This document shows, one piece after another, positions 47,641 through 57,935 of a stretch of 64,000 nucleotides of DNA (position 1 is its first letter; each line of letters begins with the position of its first letter). Position numbers and translations under genes: made by a program. The notes beneath the pieces are model-generated. The model saw only the letters and a program-made list of their open reading frames with translations. It ran no database searches and was not told the origin of the DNA. The stretch is from IMG/VR virus record IMGVR_UViG_3300011989_000257, positions 256,001 to 320,000 of that record; one strand, written 5' to 3'. This stretch comes from a virus (lineage: Duplodnaviria > Caudoviricetes).

Positions 47641-49005
47641 TTAGAAGAACTTTTTCTTATCCTCTGCTGCCTTGATGTTCATCTTTGGCTTCATGAAGAA
47701 CTTGATATCAACTGTTGGCTCAATGAGCTTAACAATCTCATCCATTGGTTTGTAGGCATCTGGTGCTTCGTCTAGTGTTTTCTCGTCAGCAGTGGTGGTA
47801 TAGATACCTGCATCTGCCATCTGCTTCTGAAAGTCCTCTACGTTAAGCTGCTGATGGGCTTTCATCCTTGAGAGCGCCCTACCACAGCCATGCGGAGCTG
47901 TACAGTTCCAATCTTCATTTGATTTGCCTTCACATATTGAAATTCCATCCCTCATATTAAATGGTATGATTACTTTCTCTCCCTCATAAGCACGAATAGC
48001 ACCCTTACGAATCATCATATTTGGTGTACCCATCAATGCCTTGAAATCATAATCAATATAATTGTGAGTAGTAGCAATAAAATCGATTGGCTTACCACCA
48101 TCTGACATCTTTCGATAAATCTCAATCAACTGTTCATGAATCACCTCATGATTAAGTTTAGCATAAGTCTGAGCAATTAACACATCTACAAGATAGCCCA
48201 TAAGCTGGTCACCGTTCAAGTATCCTGGAATCTTACGTGATAAGTACTCCTCTCTTGCTGCATCAATCTCAGCCTTAATCTTCTGCTTGTCAGTATTCTT
48301 CTCCTTGACCTTATCCTCAAGCATCTTCATTTCCTCTCTTGAAACTACCATGCTTCTTGCTATCTTGTCCCAATAGTTGAATACTGCCAAACCTAGCTTA
48401 CGTGAGCCACAGTGTACGCACATGCAGTACTTACCCAACTCATCGTTGGCATCGTACTCTACGAAGTGATTACCTCCACCAACTGAGCCTATAGCCTTGA
48501 TAAAATCACCATAACCTATACGTACACGCTTACACCACTTCTCCAAATCCATTTCGTTGTTGAAGTAGATTGCATAATCAGCAAACTTTGGATAAAGAGA
48601 ACACAATCTGTCCATAGCCGAATTAACAGCCTTGGTGATACGCTTCCACTCAATCTTGGACTTATCGTTGATAGAGAAACCAAATGGAATCTCTTTACGA
48701 ATTTTGTGCTCAAACTCCTTCATCTTCTCCTCGACAATTGGTTTATCGAAGAAAGTAGCTGATATGGTACAACCGATATCGCAACCTACGTGCTGTGGAT
48801 TAACGTGGTCTGTCTCAATATTGACAGGACATGAGAATCCAATCACAATACCCTTACCATCGTGGCAGTCAGGCATAATTCTAATCTTCTTATCCTTGAA
48901 TGCCCTACAATCTGCTATACCGTATATGGTTGATATTGCGGTCTCCTCCACGTTATCAGTAAAGACCTTCACATCCTTACAATACTGTCCTTTAATTTCT
49001 AACAT
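47641..49005 (-). CDS. rtcB: RNA ligase RtcB
   Basis: MPDCH, VGCDIGC, GGGNHFVE, HCGSR, HNY, HGCGR, DEAPDAYK motifs. Confidence 0.95.
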   Translation of the reverse strand: MLEIKGQYCKDVKVFTDNVEETAISTIYGIADCRAFKDKKIRIMPDCHDGKGIVIGFSCPVNIETDHVNPQHVGCDIGCTISATFFDKPIVEEKMKEFEHKIRKEIPFGFSINDKSKIEWKRITKAVNSAMDRLCSLYPKFADYAIYFNNEMDLEKWCKRVRIGYGDFIKAIGSVGGGNHFVEYDANDELGKYCMCVHCGSRKLGLAVFNYWDKIARSMVVSREEMKMLEDKVKEKNTDKQKIKAEIDAAREEYLSRKIPGYLNGDQLMGYLVDVLIAQTYAKLNHEVIHEQLIEIYRKMSDGGKPIDFIATTHNYIDYDFKALMGTPNMMIRKGAIRAYEGEKVIIPFNMRDGISICEGKSNEDWNCTAPHGCGRALSRMKAHQQLNVEDFQKQMADAGIYTTTADEKTLDEAPDAYKPMDEIVKLIEPTVDIKFFMKPKMNIKAAEDKKKFF

Positions 49006-49010
49006 AATTT

Positions 49011-49892
49011 TTAAAATAATAAACTACCCTTATCATCCCACTGTGTATACAACTTGCAGTTTGGACGCAGAATAAGATACTTCAATGTTTTCTTTTCCTC
49101 ACTCTTAGCCATACAATCCTCATCAACAACTGTAGGCATACCCATTACTGAATAACGTCTACTGCCATACTCTAGAGTATCAAGATAACGACCATTTTTC
49201 ATGATGTAATCATGTAAGCCTTTAAAATATGGTTCTGTTTTTACACCATATTTCTCAATCCACTTTGACTGAGGCGAATCGTTACCATCGGTATACATTT
49301 TGCGAAATGTAACTTGGTCAGCACCTAATACCTTGCTACAATATTCAAAAATTGCTTCGTAACTACTCTTTGGTTCATCATAAAGAAAAATACACGTTGT
49401 TATATTGAGAGATAAACGAAGATTAAATCCAAATTCTTTAATTTTATCGCAAAGCCATTTCAAATTAATCGGTGTGTGGCTACTATTGATAATATCAGAA
49501 TTAACCCCATCATCATTCAAACAAGACACTGAAAGGCTAATTGTTGTAATACCATTATTGCGAAAACAATTTAGTGTATATTCATCAATTTTGGCTCCAG
49601 TTGTTTGAATCTCAATATTTCTAAAAGGCATAACCAATTCGGAATTCATCTTGGAGAAGTTGGTGATAAACTCAAGATTTTGCTGTGGTTCGCCTTGTCC
49701 AGTGAGCATAACAGTATTACAACCATTATCTCTAGCAAAAGCCATTCGTTTCTTATAATTCTCCCTATGGAAAAAATTATCAGTAGAAACGAGGTCTTCA
49801 TATTCCTCCTTATGCATACGGCTTACACAGAACTTGCACTGATTCATGCAGCCATGTGTTGGTACAACAATTGATAGTGATTGTATATTCAT
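49011..49892 (-). CDS. radical SAM protein
   Basis: CMNQCKFC, TGQGEP. Confidence 0.88.
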   Translation of the reverse strand: MNIQSLSIVVPTHGCMNQCKFCVSRMHKEEYEDLVSTDNFFHRENYKKRMAFARDNGCNTVMLTGQGEPQQNLEFITNFSKMNSELVMPFRNIEIQTTGAKIDEYTLNCFRNNGITTISLSVSCLNDDGVNSDIINSSHTPINLKWLCDKIKEFGFNLRLSLNITTCIFLYDEPKSSYEAIFEYCSKVLGADQVTFRKMYTDGNDSPQSKWIEKYGVKTEPYFKGLHDYIMKNGRYLDTLEYGSRRYSVMGMPTVVDEDCMAKSEEKKTLKYLILRPNCKLYTQWDDKGSLLF

Positions 49893-50323
49893 TATTTCAA
49901 TTTATTTAGTTCGTTCAAAGCAAATTCACAAGCATTATATAACTTATCGTTATTAAAGAGTTTTTCTTCAATACGCTTTCTACCTTCTTCATTGGTTAAT
50001 CTATAACCCTTCAAAAGTCTCAGAATATTGGCAAATGGTCTTGTGTTGACAGTAATAAACTCCTTATTGCCCATCATGCGGTACACCCTATAATTGAACT
50101 GATGCATCCATATTGGACGATTCGTCTTCATCAAGGTAAGACAAGACTTGGCATCATATTCATCATGGAATTCACGAGCCTCCTTGATGTTCTCAGTAAG
50201 TTCATATTCAGTATATGTCATTAGAGTACCATTAATCATTTCTTGCTTATCAAGACCTCTTTTATAGTAGAGAATTTTACCTTCTCCATCTACTAACTCA
50301 ATAAAATATTTAGATTTTGCCAT
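49892..50323 (-). CDS. hypothetical protein
   Basis: ORF in run. Confidence 0.7.
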   Translation of the reverse strand: MAKSKYFIELVDGEGKILYYKRGLDKQEMINGTLMTYTEYELTENIKEAREFHDEYDAKSCLTLMKTNRPIWMHQFNYRVYRMMGNKEFITVNTRPFANILRLLKGYRLTNEEGRKRIEEKLFNNDKLYNACEFALNELNKLK

Positions 50324-50326
50324 ATT

Positions 50327-50827
50327 TTAAACATTAAAATGGTCAATAAGATTCTTACGTGACTGTTCCTCTATCTTCTTCTTGAAAGCAGCCTTGGAAG
50401 CCTCAGTAAGAAACTCGCTCAACTCACTTGCACTAATTGAGTATTTGATACCGAACTTTTTAAATCTATCCGTATTCCTCAACTGATAATAATCAGACCT
50501 AGAATAGTATTTGGTATTGAAAGCAAATAGACGTGGTTCGCCATTTTCACCACCACCAATAAGAACCTTCAAGTAACCAAAATCAGCAACCTCAATAACT
50601 GACATCTTCTTATCAATTGGAGGACAATCGAGCATTTTAAGCATAAGCTCATTAAGCTTCTTAATCGTGCCATCCTTTGTCTCGCAACGTTCTTTCAGCT
50701 CTTGCATTGCATAATTCATTGAGTATGGGTTTGTTGTAAAGTGTACAATACACATAACAGCAAGCACCAAACAACACGCTACAAAAGCCCCCAATCCGAA
50801 TAAAAGTAAATACGTTATCATGCTCAT
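50327..50827 (-). CDS. membrane-anchored hypothetical protein (start revised)
   Basis: N-terminal TM; promoter at 50843. Confidence 0.65.
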   Translation of the reverse strand: MSMITYLLLFGLGAFVACCLVLAVMCIVHFTTNPYSMNYAMQELKERCETKDGTIKKLNELMLKMLDCPPIDKKMSVIEVADFGYLKVLIGGGENGEPRLFAFNTKYYSRSDYYQLRNTDRFKKFGIKYSISASELSEFLTEASKAAFKKKIEEQSRKNLIDHFNV

Positions 50828-50941
50828 AATTTTTATTTCTGCTGCAAAGTTACGAAAAAAATCTGAGGCTACCAAATTTCAGCCTCAGATTTAATATTAT
50901 TTAACAGTTAGGAATAAAGGACATGTTCGAGATGTTGCCAA

Positions 50942-51277
50942 TTAAGCGATTTCGTCCCAAATAAATTCTAGCATTTTCTCAGGTGCCTCTTTTATAAAGA
51001 TGTTGCACCATTGTCCTCTATGATTTTTGGTATTGATTCTAACGTCATCCAAAGAAGGTACACCTTCCATAGAGATTGGTTCATCACTAGTGATGCACAC
51101 CGAGACAATCTCAATCGAATTAGTAGCACTACCAAAGTCTTTGCCAATATTAATTCTCTTAGTATATACCTTATCCTCCATTGGATTTTCGCCTAAGATA
51201 TCAGCCTTTGTACTGTCTATTCCATTGGACATTATAATGCCGAGAATACCGCTTTCCAATTTAAACTTTTTATCCAT
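50942..51277 (-). CDS. hypothetical protein
   Basis: ORF. Confidence 0.65.
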   Translation of the reverse strand: MDKKFKLESGILGIIMSNGIDSTKADILGENPMEDKVYTKRINIGKDFGSATNSIEIVSVCITSDEPISMEGVPSLDDVRINTKNHRGQWCNIFIKEAPEKMLEFIWDEIA

Positions 51278-51292
51278 ATTATTTTTCTTTAA

Positions 51293-52309
51293 TTATTTTG
51301 CCAACTCCATTAAAAGAACATTCACACGTTCCAAAAGATGTAGCCCTTCATTGGGCTGGGTTTCTCTACCTTTTTCCGTGTTATAGTTTTTAATAGTTTG
51401 ATATTCTACTTGGTCAAACACTTTGATTTTCTTTTCAGTGTCACCGACAATAACTCCATAAGATATGTCAGTAGGACCATAGCAATTTTTTCTTACATAA
51501 GCCACTCTATCTCCATAGTGAAGTTTATTGTTTTTATTATCACAATGACGAATTGGTGTACCTTTTGGTATTTTTTGCGTTTCTTCTTTTTCTTTTTTCT
51601 TTTCGGCTGTTTTTCTACTATTAATGTATTCTCTTAATGCTTTATCTGCAACAGCTCTATCCAAGTGAATAGATATCTTTGTGTTATCAAACCACTTAGT
51701 CCCACGCTTCACATAGAAATATGGGTCACTGAATTTAGAAGCATTCTCCTCATATTTCGAATTGTAACAAGTGAATTCGAAATTGGTAGTATTTATTGTG
51801 ATTTTATGAGGATGTCCTTCTTTTGCATTATTTGAAACATTTTCTACAGTTTCTTCGATGACAATCTTATTTATTTTATCTACAACATAAAGTTTATCGC
51901 CATTTTTGAGCGCCCCTAAATAATGTCCTTCATTGATTTTCCCCAATCTCTCAATAGCATCATTCATATTTGTAGCAATGAGACCATATACAGATTTATT
52001 ATACAATGCTTTGGATAATTTCATGCCATTTGGCAAACCTCTTCCATAGAATGTATTGGTACATGGTTTAAAATCATGATTTTTCTTAGCATCACAATAG
52101 CGTATCTCAACCATACCATTGCTACTTCTAACAACATATTTTGCATTACAACTATTAATTTTCTTCTCTATTGGGTCTATCTCGAAAAGAATATCGCCAA
52201 AACTAACTATGGAATATTCTTCTGGATGATTATAATATTTGCAACATTTATTACCCTCATTATCAGATAAAACAACTCCTTTTATACTATCAAATTTTTT
52301 TGTTGCCAT
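51293..52309 (-). CDS. hypothetical protein
   Basis: 338 aa ORF. Confidence 0.75.
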   Translation of the reverse strand: MATKKFDSIKGVVLSDNEGNKCCKYYNHPEEYSIVSFGDILFEIDPIEKKINSCNAKYVVRSSNGMVEIRYCDAKKNHDFKPCTNTFYGRGLPNGMKLSKALYNKSVYGLIATNMNDAIERLGKINEGHYLGALKNGDKLYVVDKINKIVIEETVENVSNNAKEGHPHKITINTTNFEFTCYNSKYEENASKFSDPYFYVKRGTKWFDNTKISIHLDRAVADKALREYINSRKTAEKKKEKEETQKIPKGTPIRHCDNKNNKLHYGDRVAYVRKNCYGPTDISYGVIVGDTEKKIKVFDQVEYQTIKNYNTEKGRETQPNEGLHLLERVNVLLMELAK

Positions 52310-52312
52310 ATT

Positions 52313-52567
52313 TTAGAGCTTAATGGTTTTCACAAATCCTTTATCCTTAAATCTGTTATAGACATCTTGAGTAAGGTCATGTTCCTCTTGTCTCATTTGA
52401 TTCACAACATTCTGCAATTCCTCAATGGATTCCCTAGACTGCTTAAGATGGATAATGGAGAAATCAAAGTCCCCATTATCCTTACCAATCTCATTATTTA
52501 CTATATTGAGGTGCATATTGAAATTATCAATGCATCCTTCAACGTTTTTCTTATCTATCATATTCAA
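52313..52567 (-). CDS. hypothetical protein
   Basis: ORF coupled to nadE. Confidence 0.6.
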   Translation of the reverse strand: MNMIDKKNVEGCIDNFNMHLNIVNNEIGKDNGDFDFSIIHLKQSRESIEELQNVVNQMRQEEHDLTQDVYNRFKDKGFVKTIKL

Positions 52568-53469
52568 CCAAAAATATTACCGTTTTTCTCACAAATCAAA
52601 CCACGATATACATCAATAATGAAAGGACGCTGCTTACGCTTAAATTCAGAACGTACAGAACGCATGATAACAGCCTCTACTGTGTCATACCCATGCTTTT
52701 CACAAAGATTCTTGAAGATGCTATAATCAAAGTGACTCTTGATTACAGTTTCCTTGATTCTCGAATCAAGACCAACCCATGCATGCAGAATTTCGTCAAC
52801 ATCGTCATAGGTTTTACCAGGGGCAATCTGTGCAAGGTCTCCACCCTCTTTGACACCGTTGCCATCGGTTGGCATAAGTGCAATAGAAGCCTCAAGAGCT
52901 TTAGAATTCTTATACACATTCTCCTTCATCCACTTTGCAAGGGCATATACCTCATGTTTCCATAATCCCCCAATTGGATTGAAATCAGACTCATCACCAT
53001 GAAGGGTCCAGAACCCTAAAAAATGTTCTGTTAAGTTATCGGTGTCAAGTACAATACCACCAACTTTTGAAGCGATATCATACAATGTAATCATACGTAG
53101 ACGTGCCTTGATATTACCTTGTGAGATTGGAGTTTTCTCTTTCCCACTAGCTTCAGCACAGAACTTCTCCATCACCTCGTAAGGCTCTTGCAGATTGACA
53201 ACCTTAAAGGTGTCGCAAAACTCCATACCAGCTTCCTTAGCAGCATTGTTTTCATCATCCATATTGGTTGAGCATGGAAGAGAAATACCAATAAGAGGAA
53301 TGCCACTAGCCTTACAAAGTGCGGCAACAACAGTTGAATCAATGCCTCCACTTAGACCAAGAACCAATACTCCAATGTGATTCTCAGTTGCATAACTCTT
53401 AATTCCCTCTGTGAGATTCTTAAATACTTTCTCCATGTCTAATGGAGTTGAACGATAAGTTTCTACCAT
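52564..53469 (-). CDS. nadE: NH3-dependent NAD+ synthetase
   Basis: LGLSGGIDS, GNIKARLRM, TLHGD motifs. Confidence 0.93.
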   Translation of the reverse strand: MVETYRSTPLDMEKVFKNLTEGIKSYATENHIGVLVLGLSGGIDSTVVAALCKASGIPLIGISLPCSTNMDDENNAAKEAGMEFCDTFKVVNLQEPYEVMEKFCAEASGKEKTPISQGNIKARLRMITLYDIASKVGGIVLDTDNLTEHFLGFWTLHGDESDFNPIGGLWKHEVYALAKWMKENVYKNSKALEASIALMPTDGNGVKEGGDLAQIAPGKTYDDVDEILHAWVGLDSRIKETVIKSHFDYSIFKNLCEKHGYDTVEAVIMRSVRSEFKRKQRPFIIDVYRGLICEKNGNIFG

Positions 53470-53472
53470 AGT

Positions 53473-53994
53473 TTATTTGTTATTAATTGCATTACTTACT
53501 TTATCTTTCCTGAATTTTTCAATATCAGCATCCATCTTTATCCTTAAACATTTATTAGCAAGTTCTTTAACTTCTTCAATAGTCAATGCAACCTCCAATT
53601 GTATATCGGCTCTAGATGGTATTGTAGATGGTGATGAAACCATAAACCTTGGTTCAAGATTCTTATTGATAACAATTCTGCCTAACATTGTTCCTAAGCT
53701 ACTAAGCTGATTATGAAGTCGTTGAGTGTTGTAAATGTCATAAGGCTTTAAATCACGTTTAATATCGTCTTTGGTGAGATTTTCCATTTTATTGGCAAAG
53801 TCCATCAATGACTTGTTGTAATCATCGCCAAATCTGTTGGCATATTCAGTAATTTCCTCTAGGTCTTTTTTAACATCATTTTGTATCCCATTAATACGCC
53901 TTCTTTTAACATCTTTTTTATCCATACGGTCAGAAAATATCAATGCTGAAAAGAAAAGACCTAACATCGTAAATATAAGAATAAAAAATATCAT
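53473..53994 (-). CDS. membrane-anchored hypothetical protein (start revised to MIFF)
   Basis: N-terminal TM; promoter at 54010. Confidence 0.65.
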   Translation of the reverse strand: MIFFILIFTMLGLFFSALIFSDRMDKKDVKRRRINGIQNDVKKDLEEITEYANRFGDDYNKSLMDFANKMENLTKDDIKRDLKPYDIYNTQRLHNQLSSLGTMLGRIVINKNLEPRFMVSSPSTIPSRADIQLEVALTIEEVKELANKCLRIKMDADIEKFRKDKVSNAINNK

Positions 53995-54063
53995 ATAATT
54001 TTTTTTTTTTGCAAAGATACGAAAAAAAATTGAGATAGCCAAATAACTATCCCAATTTTAATA

Positions 54064-55353
54064 CTATTTAACACAAATCATCGTATAGTCTTTCTTTCCT
54101 TTAGTTAGAAGTAGATACTTACCATTGATGAGATATTTATCAGAAATTATTTCTTTTTCAACAGTGGTTTTAATCTTGTTGATTGAGAAACCATTACTCT
54201 TTATGAGTTTTCTTGCTTCAGACTTTGAAGGTACTTTGTCGTGCATTGCTGCAAGGTCAATTGCTGTAATACCACTGTCAAACGTATCTTTACTAATCTC
54301 CACAGTAGGAACACCGTTCATCGCAGCAAGAAACGTATTCTCATCGAGTTTTTCCATATCAGCCATAGTTCCCTTACCGAAAAGGATATTTGTGGCTTCC
54401 ATAGCCTTATTGTATTCCTCCTCAGAATGCACAAGACATGTCATATACTTAGCCAATTCTTTCTGCAAATAACGAGAACTAGGATTCTCACGATGTTTTT
54501 CAATCATGGCATTAATTTCATCAAGAGGAATAAGAGTAAATTTCTTGATAAACACTTCTGCATCTACATCAGAAACATTAAGCCAATACTGCATGAACTG
54601 ATAAGGGGAAGTCTTTTTTGGGTCAAGCCATACTGAGTTTCCTTCAGTTTTGCCAAACTTACGACCATCTGCACAAGTAATCAAGTCCCAAGTCAAACCA
54701 CACACATCATCTTTACCAAGCATCTTATGAACGAGGTCTTGACCAGTTACCATATTCCCTAGGTTATCAGTTCCAGCAATTTGAAGAGTACAACCATAAT
54801 TCTGATACAAATGAACGAAATCGTAACCTTGAAGTAAACCATAGCTGAACTCTTGGAAGCTAATACCATTCCCTTCTCTCTCAAGGCGTTTTCTTACATT
54901 TTCCTTTGCCATGAGATAGTTAACAGTAATCTTCTTACCGACATCACGTATGAAATCAAGGAACTTGTAATCCTTATACCAATCCCAATTGTTAACCATA
55001 ATGGCTGCATTTGGTGCATCTGAATCGAAATCAATAATCTTTGAAATTTGTTTCTTAACGCATTCTACATTATGGAATACAGTTTCCATTGAAATGGCTT
55101 TACGCTCCTCACTCTTTCCGCTTGGGTCTCCAATAGCGCAAGTAGCACCTCCAACCAATATGATGGGTTTATGACCATATTGCTGCATAAGTCTCGATAC
55201 CATAAGTCCGACCATATGGTGGATGCCAAGAGAATCAGATGTTGGGTCAAGACCTAGATAAAAGGTTGTTGGTTTACTAAAACACTCTTCTAGATTACCA
55301 AATGTCTGAGACCATAGTCCCCTTTCTTTAAGTTCTTTAATTAATGGATTCAT
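54064..55353 (-). CDS. tyrS: tyrosyl-tRNA synthetase
   Basis: YLGLDPTSDSL, IGDPSGK, LLQGYDF, KFGKT, C-terminal S4 domain. Confidence 0.95.
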   Translation of the reverse strand: MNPLIKELKERGLWSQTFGNLEECFSKPTTFYLGLDPTSDSLGIHHMVGLMVSRLMQQYGHKPIILVGGATCAIGDPSGKSEERKAISMETVFHNVECVKKQISKIIDFDSDAPNAAIMVNNWDWYKDYKFLDFIRDVGKKITVNYLMAKENVRKRLEREGNGISFQEFSYGLLQGYDFVHLYQNYGCTLQIAGTDNLGNMVTGQDLVHKMLGKDDVCGLTWDLITCADGRKFGKTEGNSVWLDPKKTSPYQFMQYWLNVSDVDAEVFIKKFTLIPLDEINAMIEKHRENPSSRYLQKELAKYMTCLVHSEEEYNKAMEATNILFGKGTMADMEKLDENTFLAAMNGVPTVEISKDTFDSGITAIDLAAMHDKVPSKSEARKLIKSNGFSINKIKTTVEKEIISDKYLINGKYLLLTKGKKDYTMICVK

Positions 55354-55653
55354 TTTAATTATATTTTTAAATACTTTCTGAAAAAACTAATAGTCTTTTT
55401 TTACTAAGCACAGCATTAGTTATTCCTACCATTTGAATCTGACTGATAGAATTCTTTTTATAAGAGTTAGCTGTAAACTTTGATTTACCCCCTTTATTTT
55501 TCTTCTTCCTTTTCTTATAGAAAAACATATTTATTCCTAATATTATATTCTTACTTTTGCAAAGATATAATTTTTTTCTGTAAATACAAAATTGTTTAAC
55601 TTAATTTAAGAAAAATGGCCATCAACTCTCGTTAATGACCATCTATCTAATTT

Positions 55654-57336
55654 CTACAACTGAATGTAGTTAAGAATCTCTTGCGTAAGAGCCTTTTCAA
55701 CAAGTTCCTCTGCGGTAAGATTCCTTGCCTTTCCAGTCTTCTCATCAATCACCTTATCCTCTCCAAGCAATGTAGTGATAATACTTCCATCAAATCCACT
55801 AAGGAAAGTACATCCTGGTTCAATGCTCTTACCCTCAAAATGAGTAATTCCATGTCTTGAAACACAATCCCACCAAATGAATTTCATGTTATCCACAAAT
55901 TCCTCTGGGAAAACTGTCTTCAACGACTTCTTGGAGTACTCATAATTGGTTTCTTGGTTACGTGGAGAGTCATACCAACGATTAGTTGGATTAAACTCCA
56001 TATCACTTACCACCAATATAGTAGTAGGATACTGCTCCAATGGAATCTCTGGATGCTGTCGCCTAATCTTAATGATTTCGTCAACGGCAGATTGGAAATT
56101 TGTACCACCACATCCAACACTTGGAAGGTTCATTACCCTTTCACAGAACGACTCACCCTTCATGTCGTATGGATAAGAGGTGTTGTCGAACATAATGAGC
56201 TTATTGTGGAAAGCTCCAGTGTTAAGGCTAGAAAAGAATATTGCCAAAGATGTTGCAATATCTGAACAGTATACGTCCTTCAATCCAGTAACTGGCTGAT
56301 TCATTGAACCACTAGTGTCAAGGCAACACCATACATTCTCTGTAATCTTGCCGCCATCACGAGCCTTATCTACAAGTCCATTAAACTGCGCATCAATGGT
56401 ATGCTTAACCTCAATAGGTAGTTTCTTATTTGAAGTAGTATAATATCTTCTTGAACCAATACCGTATTCACGAAGTTTCTTTGAAAGCTCAAATACATAA
56501 CCAGTAAACTTAGCCACTGGCTGCTGCATTATCCATTGTGTGTAATTATCTTTCAAACCATGATTTGAAAGGAACTTACTAGTGACAAGTAAGTTCAATG
56601 CACGTCCTGGAATGTGATTCCAATTCAGTTCCTTATAATTACGAGAGCAAATCAATTTTTGGAAATCATGCGCCTTACCACTCACTTTCATCTTATTGTA
56701 TTCCTTATAAGAAATACCCATTTGATTTGCAAATGCCTTTGCCAAGTCATTTGTGATAGTAGTCCACTCTGTCTTACACTTACTCTGAGACTTGATACGA
56801 GGCATATACTTCTTAATCAAATCAACATGAGTGTCACAAAGCAAACCTTGTGCAATCACCTCAAACATAGCTTTTTGGTTTAAGCACTTAACATTCTCCT
56901 TAATGTCATAGAACATCAAAGTCCACAAGTCCTTCCAAGAGCCAACAAGTGGCAATGCCCAAATGTTCTTGTAGAATGCATCTGGTTGTTCTTGAGCAAT
57001 CCAAAGCAAACGCTTGAATGACTCATCACGAGCACCTTGTCCATTCTGAACCTTATCAGTCTCATTATCCGTGTTCACCTTAACCTTGCGAGTTACCATA
57101 CGCAAATAGAATGGGAAACGAAGTGCTGCTTCAGCATTCTCACCCCAAATGGTTGCTTGGTCAGCAAATACTTCCGCAAGTGTACGCCCTCTGAAGTTAC
57201 CAGCCTTACCAAATTGGTCAACAATTGCACTTCCAGTCGAAACAAGTGTTTTTGCTCCATTCTCTGTCAATGTTGAACTCTCGAAACCTACTGCATTAAG
57301 GAATGCGTTTGTCTTTGTCGCTGTCTTTGTATTCAT
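55654..57336 (-). CDS. DUF2828-family helical plus vWA protein (TROVE/Ro60-like architecture)
   Basis: TENGA start, GQGAR, GSWKDL; MIDAS DTSGSM, GGTNF, VSDMEF. Confidence 0.75.
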   Translation of the reverse strand: MNTKTATKTNAFLNAVGFESSTLTENGAKTLVSTGSAIVDQFGKAGNFRGRTLAEVFADQATIWGENAEAALRFPFYLRMVTRKVKVNTDNETDKVQNGQGARDESFKRLLWIAQEQPDAFYKNIWALPLVGSWKDLWTLMFYDIKENVKCLNQKAMFEVIAQGLLCDTHVDLIKKYMPRIKSQSKCKTEWTTITNDLAKAFANQMGISYKEYNKMKVSGKAHDFQKLICSRNYKELNWNHIPGRALNLLVTSKFLSNHGLKDNYTQWIMQQPVAKFTGYVFELSKKLREYGIGSRRYYTTSNKKLPIEVKHTIDAQFNGLVDKARDGGKITENVWCCLDTSGSMNQPVTGLKDVYCSDIATSLAIFFSSLNTGAFHNKLIMFDNTSYPYDMKGESFCERVMNLPSVGCGGTNFQSAVDEIIKIRRQHPEIPLEQYPTTILVVSDMEFNPTNRWYDSPRNQETNYEYSKKSLKTVFPEEFVDNMKFIWWDCVSRHGITHFEGKSIEPGCTFLSGFDGSIITTLLGEDKVIDEKTGKARNLTAEELVEKALTQEILNYIQL

Positions 57337-57452
57337 ATTTTTCTCCTATTTTTATTTCTTGTGCAAAGATATGAAAAAAAAATGAGATAACCAAATATTT
57401 TAATACTTTTTTACAATAAAAAGATATTTATAGTATATAATTAAAGAAAATT

Positions 57453-57893
57453 ATGGACGGTAAGAGAGTAAATGCAATTATAACTGAAGAAATTAACAAA
57501 GTTATTAACGAAGACTTCATGGGCGAAAAAAGTAACCATATACAAGACCTTGTTCAGAAATACTTTGGTCATAAAAAGAAAAAGAATGATAAACCAAAGA
57601 AAAAGATGAAAATGCGTAAAATGGTTGGAGGTGGCGAAAAAATGTATGATTATGACGAGTACGAAAGGAAAAACAGAAAGATTTCCAATGGTGATGCGGA
57701 CTCAATACGTAGAACCATTGACACTGAGAAAACCAACATTGCTGCTGTTGCAAGGGAACTGTTTCCAGACCATACAGATGAAGGCGCTCAGTCTCAGTTT
57801 AGAAAAATAATTAATGGTGAGAGACCTATGACAAAAAATATCGCATCTAAAGTTGAGAAAATGATATCAAGTGGGCAAATTGCTGTTAAATAA
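57453..57893 (+). CDS. hypothetical protein, possible HTH at C-terminus
   Basis: Plus-strand ORF in gap between minus-strand genes. Confidence 0.65.
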   Translation: MDGKRVNAIITEEINKVINEDFMGEKSNHIQDLVQKYFGHKKKKNDKPKKKMKMRKMVGGGEKMYDYDEYERKNRKISNGDADSIRRTIDTEKTNIAAVARELFPDHTDEGAQSQFRKIINGERPMTKNIASKVEKMISSGQIAVK

Positions 57894-57935
57894 AATTTAA
57901 AATGGGTAGTACTAGTTGTACTACCCATTCTTTAT

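Noticed and set aside
49011-49892. Viperin-like assignment for the radical SAM protein
   Set aside because: Only the generic CxxxCxxC motif is visible; subfamily cannot be determined by eye.
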